NCBI RefSeq assembly: GCF_001194135.2
Contig: NC_068984.1
Span: 70,182,235-70,246,234 of the forward strand
Reading direction: 5' to 3'
From: Octopus bimaculoides
Lineage: Eukaryota
Length of the DNA: 64,000 nt
Positions within the stretch are counted from its first letter, which is position 1. Every line of letters begins with the position of its first letter. This document shows, piece after piece, positions 24,530-37,335 of the stretch. The position numbers were made by a program, and so were the translations under genes. The notes under the pieces are model-generated. The model made no database searches. It had not been told where the DNA came from and saw only the letters and a program-made list of their open reading frames with translations.

Positions 24530-24705
24530 ATGCTTGTTGCCTACCACCACTTGACAACTGGTATGTCTACAAATTTTATAACTTAGTGGTTCTGCATAAA
24601 AGAGTGATAGAATAAGTAACAGGCTTTAAAGAATAAGTACTGCGGTCAATTCATTCAATTGAAATTCTTCAAGGCAGTGTCCCAGCATGACCATACAAGT
24701 AAAAT
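24530..24705 (+). mobile_element. SINE family A, decayed 3' half
   Basis: cacttgacaactgg...aacttagtggttc...gatagaataagta...cccagcatgacc. Confidence 0.65.
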
Positions 24706-25250
24706 ATTTATAAGAATTCAAAGCCATTAGGCAAAATCTCAACAATCTCAGAATATTGACTTCAAAAAGAAACTAAGAGGCTTTGATTCCATTGATATGG
24801 CTGAAGGAAAATACTAAAGGCAAATAAGGTAGGGTTTCAAAAATGGTGAGTTTGAAAACATCAATCTGAGATTATCTAAGCAATCAGTTGAGAAAATTTC
24901 CCATTAAGTGTGTTTAAAATCTAAGAGCAACTTTGAGAAATAACTTCTAGAAGGTCATTTTAGTGAAGCATTTTGACAATATAAACAATGCAGATCAGAA
25001 TGTATCTGGCCTGACCTTTAAAGCCAACTAGTGAAAGCAAAAGACATGTTTTGGTTTTAGACAGCCACAGTGAAATATATGCCACTAAGCATGTCTAAGG
25101 GCGATCAATGTATATAGAATTAGAAGAAATGTATTGTCACTGATTATGAACAGGAACAATAAGATAGAGATGAGCATTGTGCATGTCAAATACAAACATA
25201 GTTAGGTTCTACATATGCATATAATTGCCATGTTAACTGAAGGAAATATA

Positions 25251-26150
25251 CTAGAGAGTACTCAAAAGAGACCAGAATTTTGCAATATTATTTTATTCAG
25301 TTAGTTTTACATGTTTATACTGTGACCACTTTCAAAATATTTTCAATTTGAAGTAATGCATTGGTCTAGATGTGTTTTCCACTGTTCGAAGCAGTCCTGA
25401 AACTCTTGCGAAATGATGCCTCTTAACACCTCCTTCATTTCTTTCTTCATCATCTTCCACATCTGCAAAAAGTTTTCCTTTAAGAACTTTTTTCATTCGA
25501 GGGACCAAAAAAAAGTTGAAGGAAGCAAGATAGGATGAATAGGGAATGGCGGGGCGGGGGGGTAAGCAGGGTCATGCCATTTTTGGTCAAAAACTATCTC
25601 TCGCACAAGGTGGTGTGTGCAGGAGTATTGTCGTGATGAAACCATCACTGTCCATTTTGTCACACCAATCATATCAACTACTTCATCAATTGTTCAATGA
25701 TGGTCCTTGGGGATTAGTTCATGAATATTTGTGATGGTTTCATTTGTTCGAGAAGTCAACAGTCACTCTGAATGAGGTTGGTCTTCAAGTGATAAGAGAC
25801 CATTCCTAAAGTGTGAAAACAATGCTGAGATATATGGTCTTGTGCATGGCAACATCCTTGTAAACTGTTTGAAGCATTACAACTGTTTCAGCCTTTGTTT
25901 TCTCCATCAGAAAACAGAATTTCATGGAAGCATGTTATTCTTTCATTTCAGCAATCACAAACATTGACAAACAGGGGAGAAGCACTGCAAAACAGAGACA
26001 CGCTGTGTGGCAGTAGGACATCAGTCAACAACGCAGGTCAGCAGATTGATGCCTGGGGACTGCATCAAATGGCTTCTTGCGTAGGAAGCCTGAACTATAT
26101 GGGGCTTGTCCCATAGAGAATGTTCCTGGTTACTTTTGGATACCTCCTCA
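25251..26150 (-). mobile_element. internally deleted mariner (DD34D-type) element
   Basis: TA-flanked TIRs. Minus-strand MKFCFLMEKTKAETVVMLQTVY...FHHDNTPAH...KKVLKGKLFADV...EFQDCFEQWKTHLDQCI...YFE. Confidence 0.85.
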
Positions 26151-26609
26151 TATATATGGATTTCACAAGTTTGTTTTAATGACAAGATCCACTGTAGCTT
26201 CTATTATCTATACTAGAAATCACACCTTCCTCTGAGAAGTTGTCTCCTCTTGTGGTATGTGTGTGTGTGCATGTGTGTGTGTGTGTGTATGAGTGTGTGT
26301 GTGTGTGTGTATGTGTGTGTGTGGTTTCAAATGATGGAAAAATCGAAAAAAATAGAGACAGGTGAAGGAACAACAAACAGCATGTATTAGTTTGACAATC
26401 AGATAAGATGGAAGAAGTCTTTGATGTTTGGAGCCAACACATTTATAGATAAAGGAACGAAGAGAGAAAATAGATGGAGAGAGGATAAAAGTAAAAATAA
26501 AACAGATGAAGAGAGGAAAAAAGAGAAGAGAAAAATAATTGTCTGGACTAATGGTTGCACATGTTGAATATATATATGTGTTAAATATATATGCACGTGT
26601 TGAATATAT

Positions 26610-27232
26610 ATATGGAAACACCTTAAAATTTCATATAAATTTATTTTAATATGGGGTAGGACCACCTTTGGCTGTAATTACAGCTTGAATTCTATGAGGT
26701 ATGGACTCCTACAAAGTTTGAATTGTTTCCGAAGGAAACATTCTTCAGCTAAAACAGTCTCCAGTTCTTGTAGTGATAATGGTCAAGGATATTTACTCCT
26801 AACATGTTTTTCTAAAATGCACCGTAAATGTTCAATAATACTGAGATCTGGGGACTGTGGTGGCCAGATAAGATGTTCAACTTCACTAGAATGTTCCTCG
26901 TGCTATTCAGTAACAACTTTAGCTGTGTGAATTGGTGCATTATCATCCTGAAAGATAGCGTTTCCCACCAGAAACACTTCCACAACCATAGGATGAATTT
27001 GATCAGAATGTTTAAATAGTCTTGACTATTAATTCTGCCATGAAGGGAAGCCATTGGACCAGCAGATTTCCAAGATATAGCCCCCCCCCCGCACCGATTA
27101 TCACAGATCCTCCTCCATGTTTAACAGTTTGAAGAAGGCAGTGTGGGTCAAATGCTTCTTTTAGCTGTCTCCACATGTATACTTGGTCGGTGGTTGGAAG
27201 TAAGGCAAAGGATGACTTGTTCATCTTTTTTT
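26610..27232 (-). mobile_element. Tc1-like transposase fragment with DD36E spacing
   Basis: SSFALLPTTDQVYMWRQLKEAFDPHCLLQTVKHGGGSV...IFQDDNAPIHTAKVVTE*HEEHSSEVEHLIWPPQSPDLSIIEHL; 36 residues counted between D and E. Confidence 0.85.
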
Positions 27233-27744
27233 GCCAAGTTTTTTTGGGAAAAAGTTCACAGAAAAACAATAGTTCAAAGAGTTCAAAAAACAAAAATGCA
27301 GGAAGGAAGAAGACAAGAAACAGTTAAAAAACACAGCAAACTATTCTTCTGGCCGTCCTGGTACTCCTGGTCAACTCGGTAATCCACTTGGTAATCCAGA
27401 GCACAAAACAGTCACAAAACAATTTCACCAAAAAATGAGTAAAAAATAAGCACAATGTTCGAAATTATTGGAGTGGGGATACATCCCCAAAACACACTTC
27501 TCACCGCCAAGTGAGAATTCTAAGCACAACTACAGGCAGACAAATGCCTGGAACTCAGTGGAGATTTCTTGTTCAACAAAATAAATAAACACGAGTAACA
27601 AACCCCCACTGAATCACCCAAAAAACAAATGCCTTACCTTGTAGTTGTGCTTCACTTGTTCAATAATTCACGACGTTGGTGTACGGAATCATGACTCTTA
27701 GCAGTGTAAAAAACACTGACCAATACATGTGCGGGGAAGCATGC

Positions 27745-27980
27745 TTCTTATTTCTTTACTGCCCACTAGAGGCTACACACAGAGGGGACAAACAAGGACA
27801 GACAAACGAATTAATTCGATTATATCGACCCCAGTGCGTAACTGGTACTTATTTAATCAACCTCGAAAGGATGAAAGGCAAAGTCGACCTCGGCGGAATT
27901 TGAACTCAGAACGTAGCGGCAGATGAAATGCTGCTAAGCATTTCGCTCTGAGTGCTAACGTTTCTGCCAGCTCACCGCCT
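27745..27980 (-). mobile_element. SINE family B, young full-length copy
   Basis: CpG-rich reverse complement of 17955-18150. Confidence 0.9.
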
Positions 27981-29039
27981 AAGCATGCTTCTTACCACAC
28001 AGCTGCACCTACACCTATACATATACATACACACACACACATAATATATGATATATATATATGTATGTATGTATAAATGGTGGTGAGGTTAGTCTTCTTG
28101 TTTTGATATCATGAGGTACTTGTAAATGTGTATTACTGTAATACATATGGTGCCATTCATTTCCAGTCTCTCACCCATGGGGAAATATTTACCTGCTTGG
28201 AAAAGTGGGTATCAAAACATGATAATAAATAATGAAATAGTGTCATCACAGCAAAAGTAAGGAAGCAGGACCTGAATTTAAGCTCAAAGGTGAAGCCAAG
28301 AAACATTAAATAGGGGTCACAAATATGAATACGATTTTGTGAATAAGAGGGTATCCAAAATAGAAAGAAATAAAAAATACTTATTTAGATATTAGAAATG
28401 GAAGTTTTAAGATTTTACTGTCATTCTGAATTGATGCAAAACTTTCTTTAGAGAAGTATTTTTTCCACCAATGTTCCATACAATACTGGTGTGCTGTGAG
28501 ATTTCATGAAATGTGTAATGAAATAATTTAATGACATACCTGAAAAAATATGGGAATACAGAAAAAAAGGGTCTAAAATTTTGATTTAGATCACATACAT
28601 GTTATAAAATAGCAGTTGAGTAAATTAAAAAGAAGTTGTTCACAGGTCAAAACCTTTATTGAATTTTATCTTCTGTATTATATATGAATTAGAACTAAAT
28701 TCACTTTTGATTAGTCGTTATTAAGATCTGATGAATACTTTCAGTGTATGCATAATTTTCATTTGTTGCTCAGAAAATATTTAGTTAATGTACTTGCAAA
28801 CAATTTTTTTATAAGAGTTTAAGGTAAATTATATTCCATATGTAGAAACAAATGAAATGAGTGAACAACTATTGCAGCCATCATAACATTCAGATTTCCA
28901 TAAAAAATAGATTAAGACAAGGAGCTTCTTATCCTTTAAATCAATGTTGAGCTAGACTTTTTTCAGTAATATGATGTGAAAATTCTTTATCCAATGCCAT
29001 CTACAATGGAGGAATTTATTGAGAGAAAAAATAATAGTG

Positions 29040-30830
29040 ATGGATATGAATCTAGAAGTAAACATTCATAAAAAACCACAAACTCTTGTGCAAAAAGGTT
29101 ACCATAACAGACAGTATTGCAATGGTTGCTTAAAGTTCAGACTTTGGACTGGAAATGTTCATCAACCAAGCTAATTATGCATAGGTTGTGGTGAAAAAAT
29201 GTCCATTAAATCTGTGTTACCAAGTATGATAAAAAAATGTTTTACTACCAAATATTCACATGTACAAGACAGAGATCATAATTATTTTCAAAGTCTCTTA
29301 GAACAGTGATCTAAGCAATATAATACATCTGAGGAAATAATGACAGAAAGGAGTTAAAACATTTCAACTGAGCTGAAATAAAATAGCAATAAAATCCAAA
29401 TCTCATATTCAAAACAGAGTCGATAATCCTGCCAGTTTGTAAAAAGATAACTGAGAGAAAAAGCTGAAGTTAGTAACAAAATTCCACTTTCAAATGATAC
29501 AATTCATCAGAATATTAGATTTATCAGAAGAATTCAACAAAAATGTCTAGTAAAACTTCAGGTATCCAAATTTTCATTAATTCTTGATAACTTTGCTGAT
29601 AATATTAGCAATTCTCAATTGCTTGCTCTTGTTTGTTTTATTGAGGGAGATGAATAATTAAACAGTTTTTTTTTATTTTGTAAATAAATGCCAGCAACCA
29701 CAACAGGTCAAGATATTTTTGGCATGGTTATCTTAATGAAAAAATGAGTTTAACTTGGAAATCATGAGTTTGCCTTATAGAGCCTATCATGTATGGTAGA
29801 TTCTATTAAAGGTTTTGTATTGCTTGTAGAAAAAGAAAATCCAGATCTTGTTCATACTCATTGTATTTTTTTTTTTGTTATTTTTTTTTACATAGAGAAA
29901 GTCTAGTTTCAAAAATATTGCAAGAATAGTTAAAGCAAGTGTTAAAGCAAGTAACTGAAATCATCAATTATATTAAATGCAAACCTTTGAAGTCAAGAAT
30001 ATTTGAACAACTATGGAAAAAAAAATTGGCTCTCAGCACCTTCGATTACTTCTGAATACATAAATCTGATGGTTTTCTAAGTGCAAAGTACTAGCTCATG
30101 TTCCTGTACAAAAGAATTAATAGCATTCTCTGATAAAGAGAAACATGAAAGATTCTGTAAATATCTTCAATGTGAACTGTGAATGTTTAAGATAGAATAT
30201 TTAGCAGAGACATTTACTCAATTTAATGCTGTGAACATATGCAAAGAAGAAATGAAAATATTCTCGCCTCTACAAATAAGTTGGTTTCTTTCAAAACGAA
30301 AATTATAACTCGGAAAAACAGAACAAAATCGAGTAAGTTTGATTTGTTTCCTTTACTGCATATAAACTGCACTAAAGAAATGATTCCTATTGTAGTTAAT
30401 CATCTGAGAGCACTGGAAAAAAATTGAGTGCAGTTTTCCATCATTGAAACTGATAAGCAGGACTGCATTTGAAATCCCTTCATAAATAATCCATCATACA
30501 TTGGGCTTCAATTGTCTGAAGAAAAGGAATTGGCAACCATTTCCAGTGATGGCAAGCTTAAAAATAAATCACTTTAAGATATTCATTAATAAATTTTGGA
30601 TTACAATTGAAAAGGAATATTCCAAAGTAGCTTACAAAGCCTTATCAATTTTGCTACAATTTTCTACTTTTTATTTGTGTGACTTGGGATTTTCTGTCCA
30701 AAATAATATCAAAAATAAGAAGCAAGAGACTCTACAGTATTAATAAAGAAATGAGGGTATGCTTATCACATTTATGCCCAAATATTGAAGCAACAGCAAA
30801 ACACATCAGGCACAGGTATCCCACTATTCA
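29040..30830 (+). pseudogene. hAT (Buster/Charlie, ZBED8/SCAND3-like) transposase relic
   Basis: Motifs appear in order across frameshifts: CIGCGEKMS, IILPVCK, PLSNDTI, FSLILD, TTGQDIF, HTHCI/HRESL, IINYIKCKPLKSRIFEQL, FWITIEKEYSKVAYKALSILLQFSTFYLCDLGFS (hATC dimerisation domain). Confidence 0.85.
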
Positions 30831-30848
30831 AAACTGCATAATTAAATT

Positions 30849-31143
30849 ACTAGCTCATGTTTCTGTACAACCTTATGTACCTGTACAAAGGAATTAATAG
30901 CATTCTCTGATAAAGAGAAACATGAAAGATTCTGTGAATATCTTCAATGTGAACTGTGAATGTCTAAGATAGAATATTTAGCAGAGATATAGATATTTAC
31001 TCAATTTAATGTTGAGAACATATGCAAAGAAGAAATGAAAATATTCTCGCCTCTACAAATAAGTTGGTTTCTTTCAAAACGAAAATTATAACTTGGAAAA
31101 ACAGAACAAAATGGAGTGAGTTTGATCTGTTTCCTTCACTGCA
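30849..31143 (+). repeat. near-identical direct duplication of 30090-30360
   Basis: Base-by-base match with few substitutions and two small insertions. Confidence 0.95.
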
Positions 31144-32664
31144 ATTATGTCAAAAACTATTTTAACAATCTATAGCTTTATGCCATAATAATACTTTGAA
31201 TTGTACATTTTTCCTGGTAATTTTTACTTTTTGTATCAAGTGATATATATATATATACCTTCATACATATCAAAAGCTTCTTTCATTTCCCATCTACCGA
31301 ATCCACCTACAAGGATATGATTGGCCTAGAGTTACAGAAGACTTGTAGAAAACACTTGCTTAAGGTGCTAGTAGAAATGGTTGAGAGCCACTCGTATAGA
31401 GTTTTGGTCATATATATAAACGTATTTTCCGTATGTTATTTATAGGATGTTCAGTATTTCGTTTAACTGGTTTTACTTGTGCTATCACCCTTGCATGTTT
31501 TAGATTTTTTAGAACATCCCTACAGTAATTTTTTTGGCAACTAAACGTTTGGATAATTTCAAGTTATTAAAGCTTTTTAGTTCACAGTATTAAGTATTTG
31601 AAGTCTCTCTAAATTATTTTTTAAAGATAAAAGGTATCTTATTCCTAATTCAAGTGCTAATACACTTAATATTTCATTGCAGGAGCATTGTACTTAGACT
31701 ATCAAACTGAACAATATTCCCGCATATTTCATCACAATTGTCAGCATTATCATCATTCTCATCTCAATCAGCATAATGCACATCGTTATCAATCACTATG
31801 ATTAGAATAAACATAGTGATCACTGGCAACAGAACCACTACAACTTTCAAATACCATACACCACCATAATCAGTCATCATCAATGTCCTCCTCATCACTA
31901 TTATCATTACTATAGTTACTCTTATCATTTTGTTTTTGCACAACCATTGCCATCAGAGCTGTAGCAGAATTTAAAATGAAGGATTGAGTGATATGATAAT
32001 CCTTTAATGATAAACTACTTCCAGTTACATTAACTCAATGAAACATCTTTCTCATTGACCATGAGAAAAATGTTTCACTATGTTTCTGCATTATATGATT
32101 TAAATAAAATGTTCTTAGATTGAGATTACATAGGCACTTGATCTACCACAGAGAAATTACTAATTTCTGGCAGTTATAGATGTTCTCAGCCTTCTGACAT
32201 ATTAAATTATAATCTATTTCCTATTATCATTCCATTTTCTGTAGCTATTTCCATTAAGAAAAAAAATCACACATAAATACATGCAAAAAATATTACAGAA
32301 TGAAAATAAAAACAATGTACTTCCTAAGCATTCATTTCATGTTATTATCAACTCGACAATTAAATTCAGACATGAAATTGCTTTTACCTTTTTTTCCTTT
32401 TTTTCATTTTATCATTAATCTTCATAAACATTTATGTTTATTGAAGTTATTTCAATTTTTGACTTATGTACATGTATTTGTGACATTTATTCCTTCTGAT
32501 GATTCCAACTTTCTCAAACCAACCAGTAACATAGCTATCAGACAAATTTCAAAGTCGAATAAGCTAACATGTATATTGTGTGATGGTAATGTTTGTAACA
32601 TCAATAACCATTTTGTTACATCAATAACCATCTATATCTGTGAAGCCTAGAAGACAGCAAAGAA

Positions 32665-33045
32665 CTCTCAGTTGCTGGGCACATTCCATCAACACTACCT
32701 ATGTTCAATTCTGGGCATGTCTTACCAAGACAATATGAGAAACAAAGAGGTGAGAAGAGCTGGCAAGAGACGTTTGTAAGACATGAGGACTAAGCAGAAG
32801 ATACAGTGTATTGACCATGAGCTTTAATTAGCACAGCATAGACCTATTACTCTCATGATAGGATGGACGCTGGAAAGAAGAAAAAAGACAGAGTGAAAGG
32901 CTATGCAGCATGTAGTGCATTATGTTCCGAGATGATATGATGGCAATAGAAGTCAGCTTGAGTGGAGCTAAGAGGAAAACAAACAACTTGAATGTTTGGA
33001 GAAAGCTCATTGCCTAAAGTGCTGATGTCACTGGAAAGTCTAAAT
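32665..33045 (+). mobile_element. RTE-type LINE 3' end, decayed
   Basis: LGTFHQHYLCSILGMSYQDNMRNKEVRRAG... resembles FHxRCLRxILxIxWxDxxxNxEV. Confidence 0.55.
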
Positions 33046-33089
33046 GGTTTACACACACACATGCACTCATGAATGTACACACATACATT

Positions 33090-33890
33090 CAGGGTGGCCC
33101 AAAGGTGTCTAGACCATTTGTTTATTAAATCTTCATATTTATTCTTTAATAAACTATAAATACACTTCTTGGAAAACATTTTAAAATTGATCTTGAGACT
33201 TATGTCCCATCAAATGAACATAATTTTGTTCTTGACAATGGTGAGTTCTTTCTAAAGCATGTTCCATCACCATTTATAATGTTTTTTGCCTTATTCCTCT
33301 GATTTCTTTACCTTAAATTGCTGGATGATCTAAAGTTTGTTATAGTGTACTGTGTCTTTTAGATATTCCCACAAGAAAAAGTCTTGAGTAATGGAATCAG
33401 GTGAGCATGAGGGCCAATTGAATTCAGAGTTTCTTCATCTGGGCAGAATACATTAATTATACATGACAAGCTACTGGTATCTGTTCCTGCACCAACTGTA
33501 CTTTATATGGGAATAAGTTCAGCATTCTATAAATATTCTGCATCAAACTTCAGGATATGCCCAGCTTTTGGAATGACCTCCAAGTTGACATTGGAGGCTC
33601 TTCTTCACTGCTCTGTACAAATTGAATATTGTCCTGAGAGCTCCCTGAATGGGATATTCTCACACATGGTAAATCAATTACAGACCCCTGTTCTTGAGAA
33701 TAGATGGTTGTTGTCTGACTTGAAAAATGACGAATAAATGGAAGCTCTTTGGATTAGTACAATTGGTTGTTGATTTTTGGAGACAAAATTTAACATTTTC
33801 CCATCAATAATCTGAAATGAAAATCCTGGAAAAATTAATTGTGAAAGAGTTATAGTTTTAAATGGTTGAGTAGCTTTTAGGTCCATGTTT
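33090..33890 (-). mobile_element. internally deleted Tc1/mariner-superfamily element of the SPDLxxxDFFLWG (DD37D/DD41D-like) type
   Basis: Minus-strand NWPSCSPDSITQDFFLWEYLK, an HTH-like region upstream, and terminus cagggtggccca. Confidence 0.65.
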
Positions 33891-34067
33891 TCCTCAGTCT
33901 ACTTCACTTTCTCGGTCCATTTACCTCAAACTTAACCACCGACCTCAGAATATGCTGCTCGTCCCTCCTCAGCACATGTCCATATGTATGTACGTATGTA
34001 TGTATGTATGTATGTATGTATGTATGCATGTATGTATGTGTGTATGTATGTATGTGTGTATAGGTAG

Positions 34068-34355
34068 GTGGCCTAGTGGTTAGGCTAGATTATAGGTTTG
34101 ATTATGGGTTCAATTACCTGACAGGGTGGCACATTGTGTCCATGAGCAAAATAACAGGGTGGCACATTGTGTTCATGAGCAAAAGACTGGAGCATTTCAC
34201 ATTGCTCCAGTCCCTGTATGATCGGTAGCGAATGTTGGTCTGCTTGCCTAGCCTGTAGGGAGGTGTCATTTGCAGGTTAAAACAATGCCAATGTACATTG
34301 TAACCAGTGATGTGTAATAACATATGATAGCCTAGTTGGTCATATGATCACATGC
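34068..34355 (+). mobile_element. SINE family D with internal 31-bp tandem duplication
   Basis: gtggcctagtggttagg head, acagggtggcacattgtgt.catgagcaaaa twice; tail matches 51530-51790. Confidence 0.75.
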
Positions 34356-34847
34356 TATTACGCATATGTATATACCTTCTTGAGTAAAAACATAATTGTC
34401 TTTCCATCCTTTCTTCATGTAATAAACACTCACAAGTATTTCCTGAGGAAATTCTTCTTAATTATAATCATAAAATTTGAACATTCTCCAGTTACATCTA
34501 AAATCACAGAACTATATATCTGAATGCATATTACATGCATTTTAACATATTGTTATTGCATGCATATATATGATAGCCAAATTTTCAAATGGTTCTATTC
34601 CAGAAATGTAGAATCAAGTCCACTGTTTCATGTACATCACTGGTAAAAACAGTGTTTAAATCTCATAAAATGTAATGTATAATACAAGAAGACAGAAAAA
34701 GCATAATACACACACACATACACACATATTGTTACTTATTAATGAAATATACAATGGAAACAAAATGAGAAAGAATAATGAAATTTAAATATACTTGGAA
34801 AATAGATCACAGTTATACTCTTTTAACTATTTTCTAAGTTCCATGTA

Positions 34848-35063
34848 TGAGTGAGTGCTGAAATCCTCCTGGCTTTGGGAAAAGGAATATACAAGAGAAT
34901 CAGTTAATTATGATTTTATTCAACATATTCCTCTTCTTGATTCACACTCTTATTGTAGTAGTCCTTAAGATTTTCTAAACCCTGTAAAGAACTCGGAATG
35001 TTGGGCCTCCAACCAGGCCTTTTGTGATAATCTTAAAGCCAAGAACTTTTCAGCATGCCCTCG
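34848..35063 (-). mobile_element. mariner-derived MITE
   Basis: TIR cgagggcatgctgaaaagttcttggctt and its decayed inverse, TA-flanked; residual GLENLKDYYNKSVNQEEEYVE* C-terminus. Confidence 0.7.
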
Positions 35064-36658
35064 TATATTTTGGAGTTTAATTGCATTGAGATCTGGCTCA
35101 ATGATGCAACATAATCACTACTTTTGCATCAAGTATGGCTTGTAAATATTTAATGTATGATAAATGAAATATTGATTTATATACTTTCTTCCAGTGTTAA
35201 CTTGTAATCCATAGATCATTTCTTTGTGAAACACACTAAACATACCATGCTATCTACCATCCTACTGCACGTGGAATATATTCATCTGAGCTCCACCCCA
35301 TATGTTATCTAACCACTAAAGATTACTATTATTCTTGATTCTATCTGTTATTTATATGCTTATTAAAGTGCATTAATGTACTATAAGTACTGCTGTTTAG
35401 TTTTATAGATTTTAATCTCTTGAAATTTCAGTTCCTTTTACATACTGATATTAAATTTGATAATTGAAAAATAATACTTTACAAATTATGATGAATATAG
35501 TTTGTGTTGTAATATACTTGAAATTAGAAAAGGGATAATAGGATGCATCTCATCTTTATATTTCACTAAGTTATATTTTTTTTTTCCTTTTGAAATTAAT
35601 AATAATACAACCTTGTTGCTTGTAGATACTCATAAACATCTCTCTTCCACCTCTCCCTCTCTCTTTTAATGTGTATGTGTATGCACATATGTACATGCTG
35701 AAAGAAAGTGAGGGACAAACGATCAGCAAAGGCTTGTGAATTTGCAATAAATTAAGTAACTACATTATATTAAATTTTCTAGATAATCTGAAACATTTGA
35801 TAGGAAATTTAACAGAAATAATCATGTTTTCTGTTTTTATATGGGTTATATTGTGATATTATGTAACATATTTTTGTATATTCCGCTTTTAACTTTCCAT
35901 AGATCCAAGTGAAGTATGTTAAATCTAATAAAAGTAAATAGAATTATACATTGGACTTCTCTGCTAATATTCATTAAGCCTCTCATAAGGGTTACATATA
36001 CATACACACACATATATGCATATATATATATATATATATATANNNNNNNNNNNNNNNNNNNNNNNNNNNNNNNNNNNNNNNNNNNNNNNNNNNNNNNNNN
36101 NNNNNNNNNNNNNNNNNNNNNNNNNNNNNNNNNNNNNNNNNNNNNNNNNNNNNNNNNNNNNNNNNNNNNNNNNNNNNNNNNNNNNNNNNNNNNNNNNNNN
36201 NNNNNNNNNNNNNNNNNNNNNNNNNNNNNNNNNNNNNNNNNNNNNNNNNNNNNNNNNNNNNNNNNNNNNNNNNNNNNNNNNNNNNNNNNNNNNNNNNNNN
36301 NNNNTATGTATGTATGTATGTATGCATATATATTCACACACATACAAATATAAATATATATATATATATATATATTTTGGGTGAGAAATCTATGTGATCA
36401 AGAAATATTTTCAATAAAGCAGTTGTGCTTCTTTTTTTTTTTTTTGGTTATATGTGCTTAAAAACAAAGGATTGGTTCAATAGAGTAGCCTTCTCCGTAA
36501 GTAAAAACCTCAGTTCTGCATATAAGGATCAAAGTAATAACGGTACCATTACAGCTGTTATTTACCTTTGTTGAGTTAATCAGCAATAGAAACTGCTCTT
36601 AGAGATACCAATTCCAATATCCTTTCATTACCTCTTTATTGCTATACACAAACACACT

Positions 36659-36692
<34 letters not shown>

Positions 36693-37149
36693 TGCACACA
36701 CACATGCACGCACACACACATTCACACACACATATACACACATGCACGCACACACACATATGTGTACATATGTATGTGTGTTTATATTTATATATACATA
36801 CATTATTTATGATAGGGTCACTGTATTGCAACTAAATAATTCTAAAGATATAGACGTTCAAAGAAAATTTGCTTGGTTTATGTAAATACTTGTGCTATAT
36901 ACTTTAGGGTCACTAATGGTATGTATTGATCAATATTGGTATTGGTAATTTCTCAACCTTGCCATGTTTTTGAGCCAGTATTGCTTTGACCTATAGCACA
37001 ATTTTCTGTGTAACAGCCCATAGAAGACAATGAATTTTATGGTTAGTAGATATATTTATTCCATACTTAGGAAGGATTTTTTTATTTATTTATTCGAGAT
37101 AACAATAGCAGGAGGATTAAACTTGCTAAGAAACTATAAATAATCAGTG

Positions 37150-37151
<2 letters not shown>

Positions 37152-37230
<79 letters not shown>
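37152..37230. repeat. (TAA)n microsatellite
   Basis: Directly visible. Confidence 0.98.
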
Positions 37231-37231
<1 letters not shown>

Positions 37232-37327
37232 TGAAAAGAAATAAATAAATAAAGTAGAAGTATATGGCAAAGAATCAAATAAAATATCTGAGCAAAACCA
37301 GAAGATAAATTTTTACATTTAACTTAC

Positions 37328-37335
37328 CAGGGCAA
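37328..37335 (-). other. candidate 8-nt micro-exon
   Basis: Minus strand: about 65-nt pyrimidine tract...ttcaccacacacag|TTGCCCTG|gtaagt. Confidence 0.3.
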
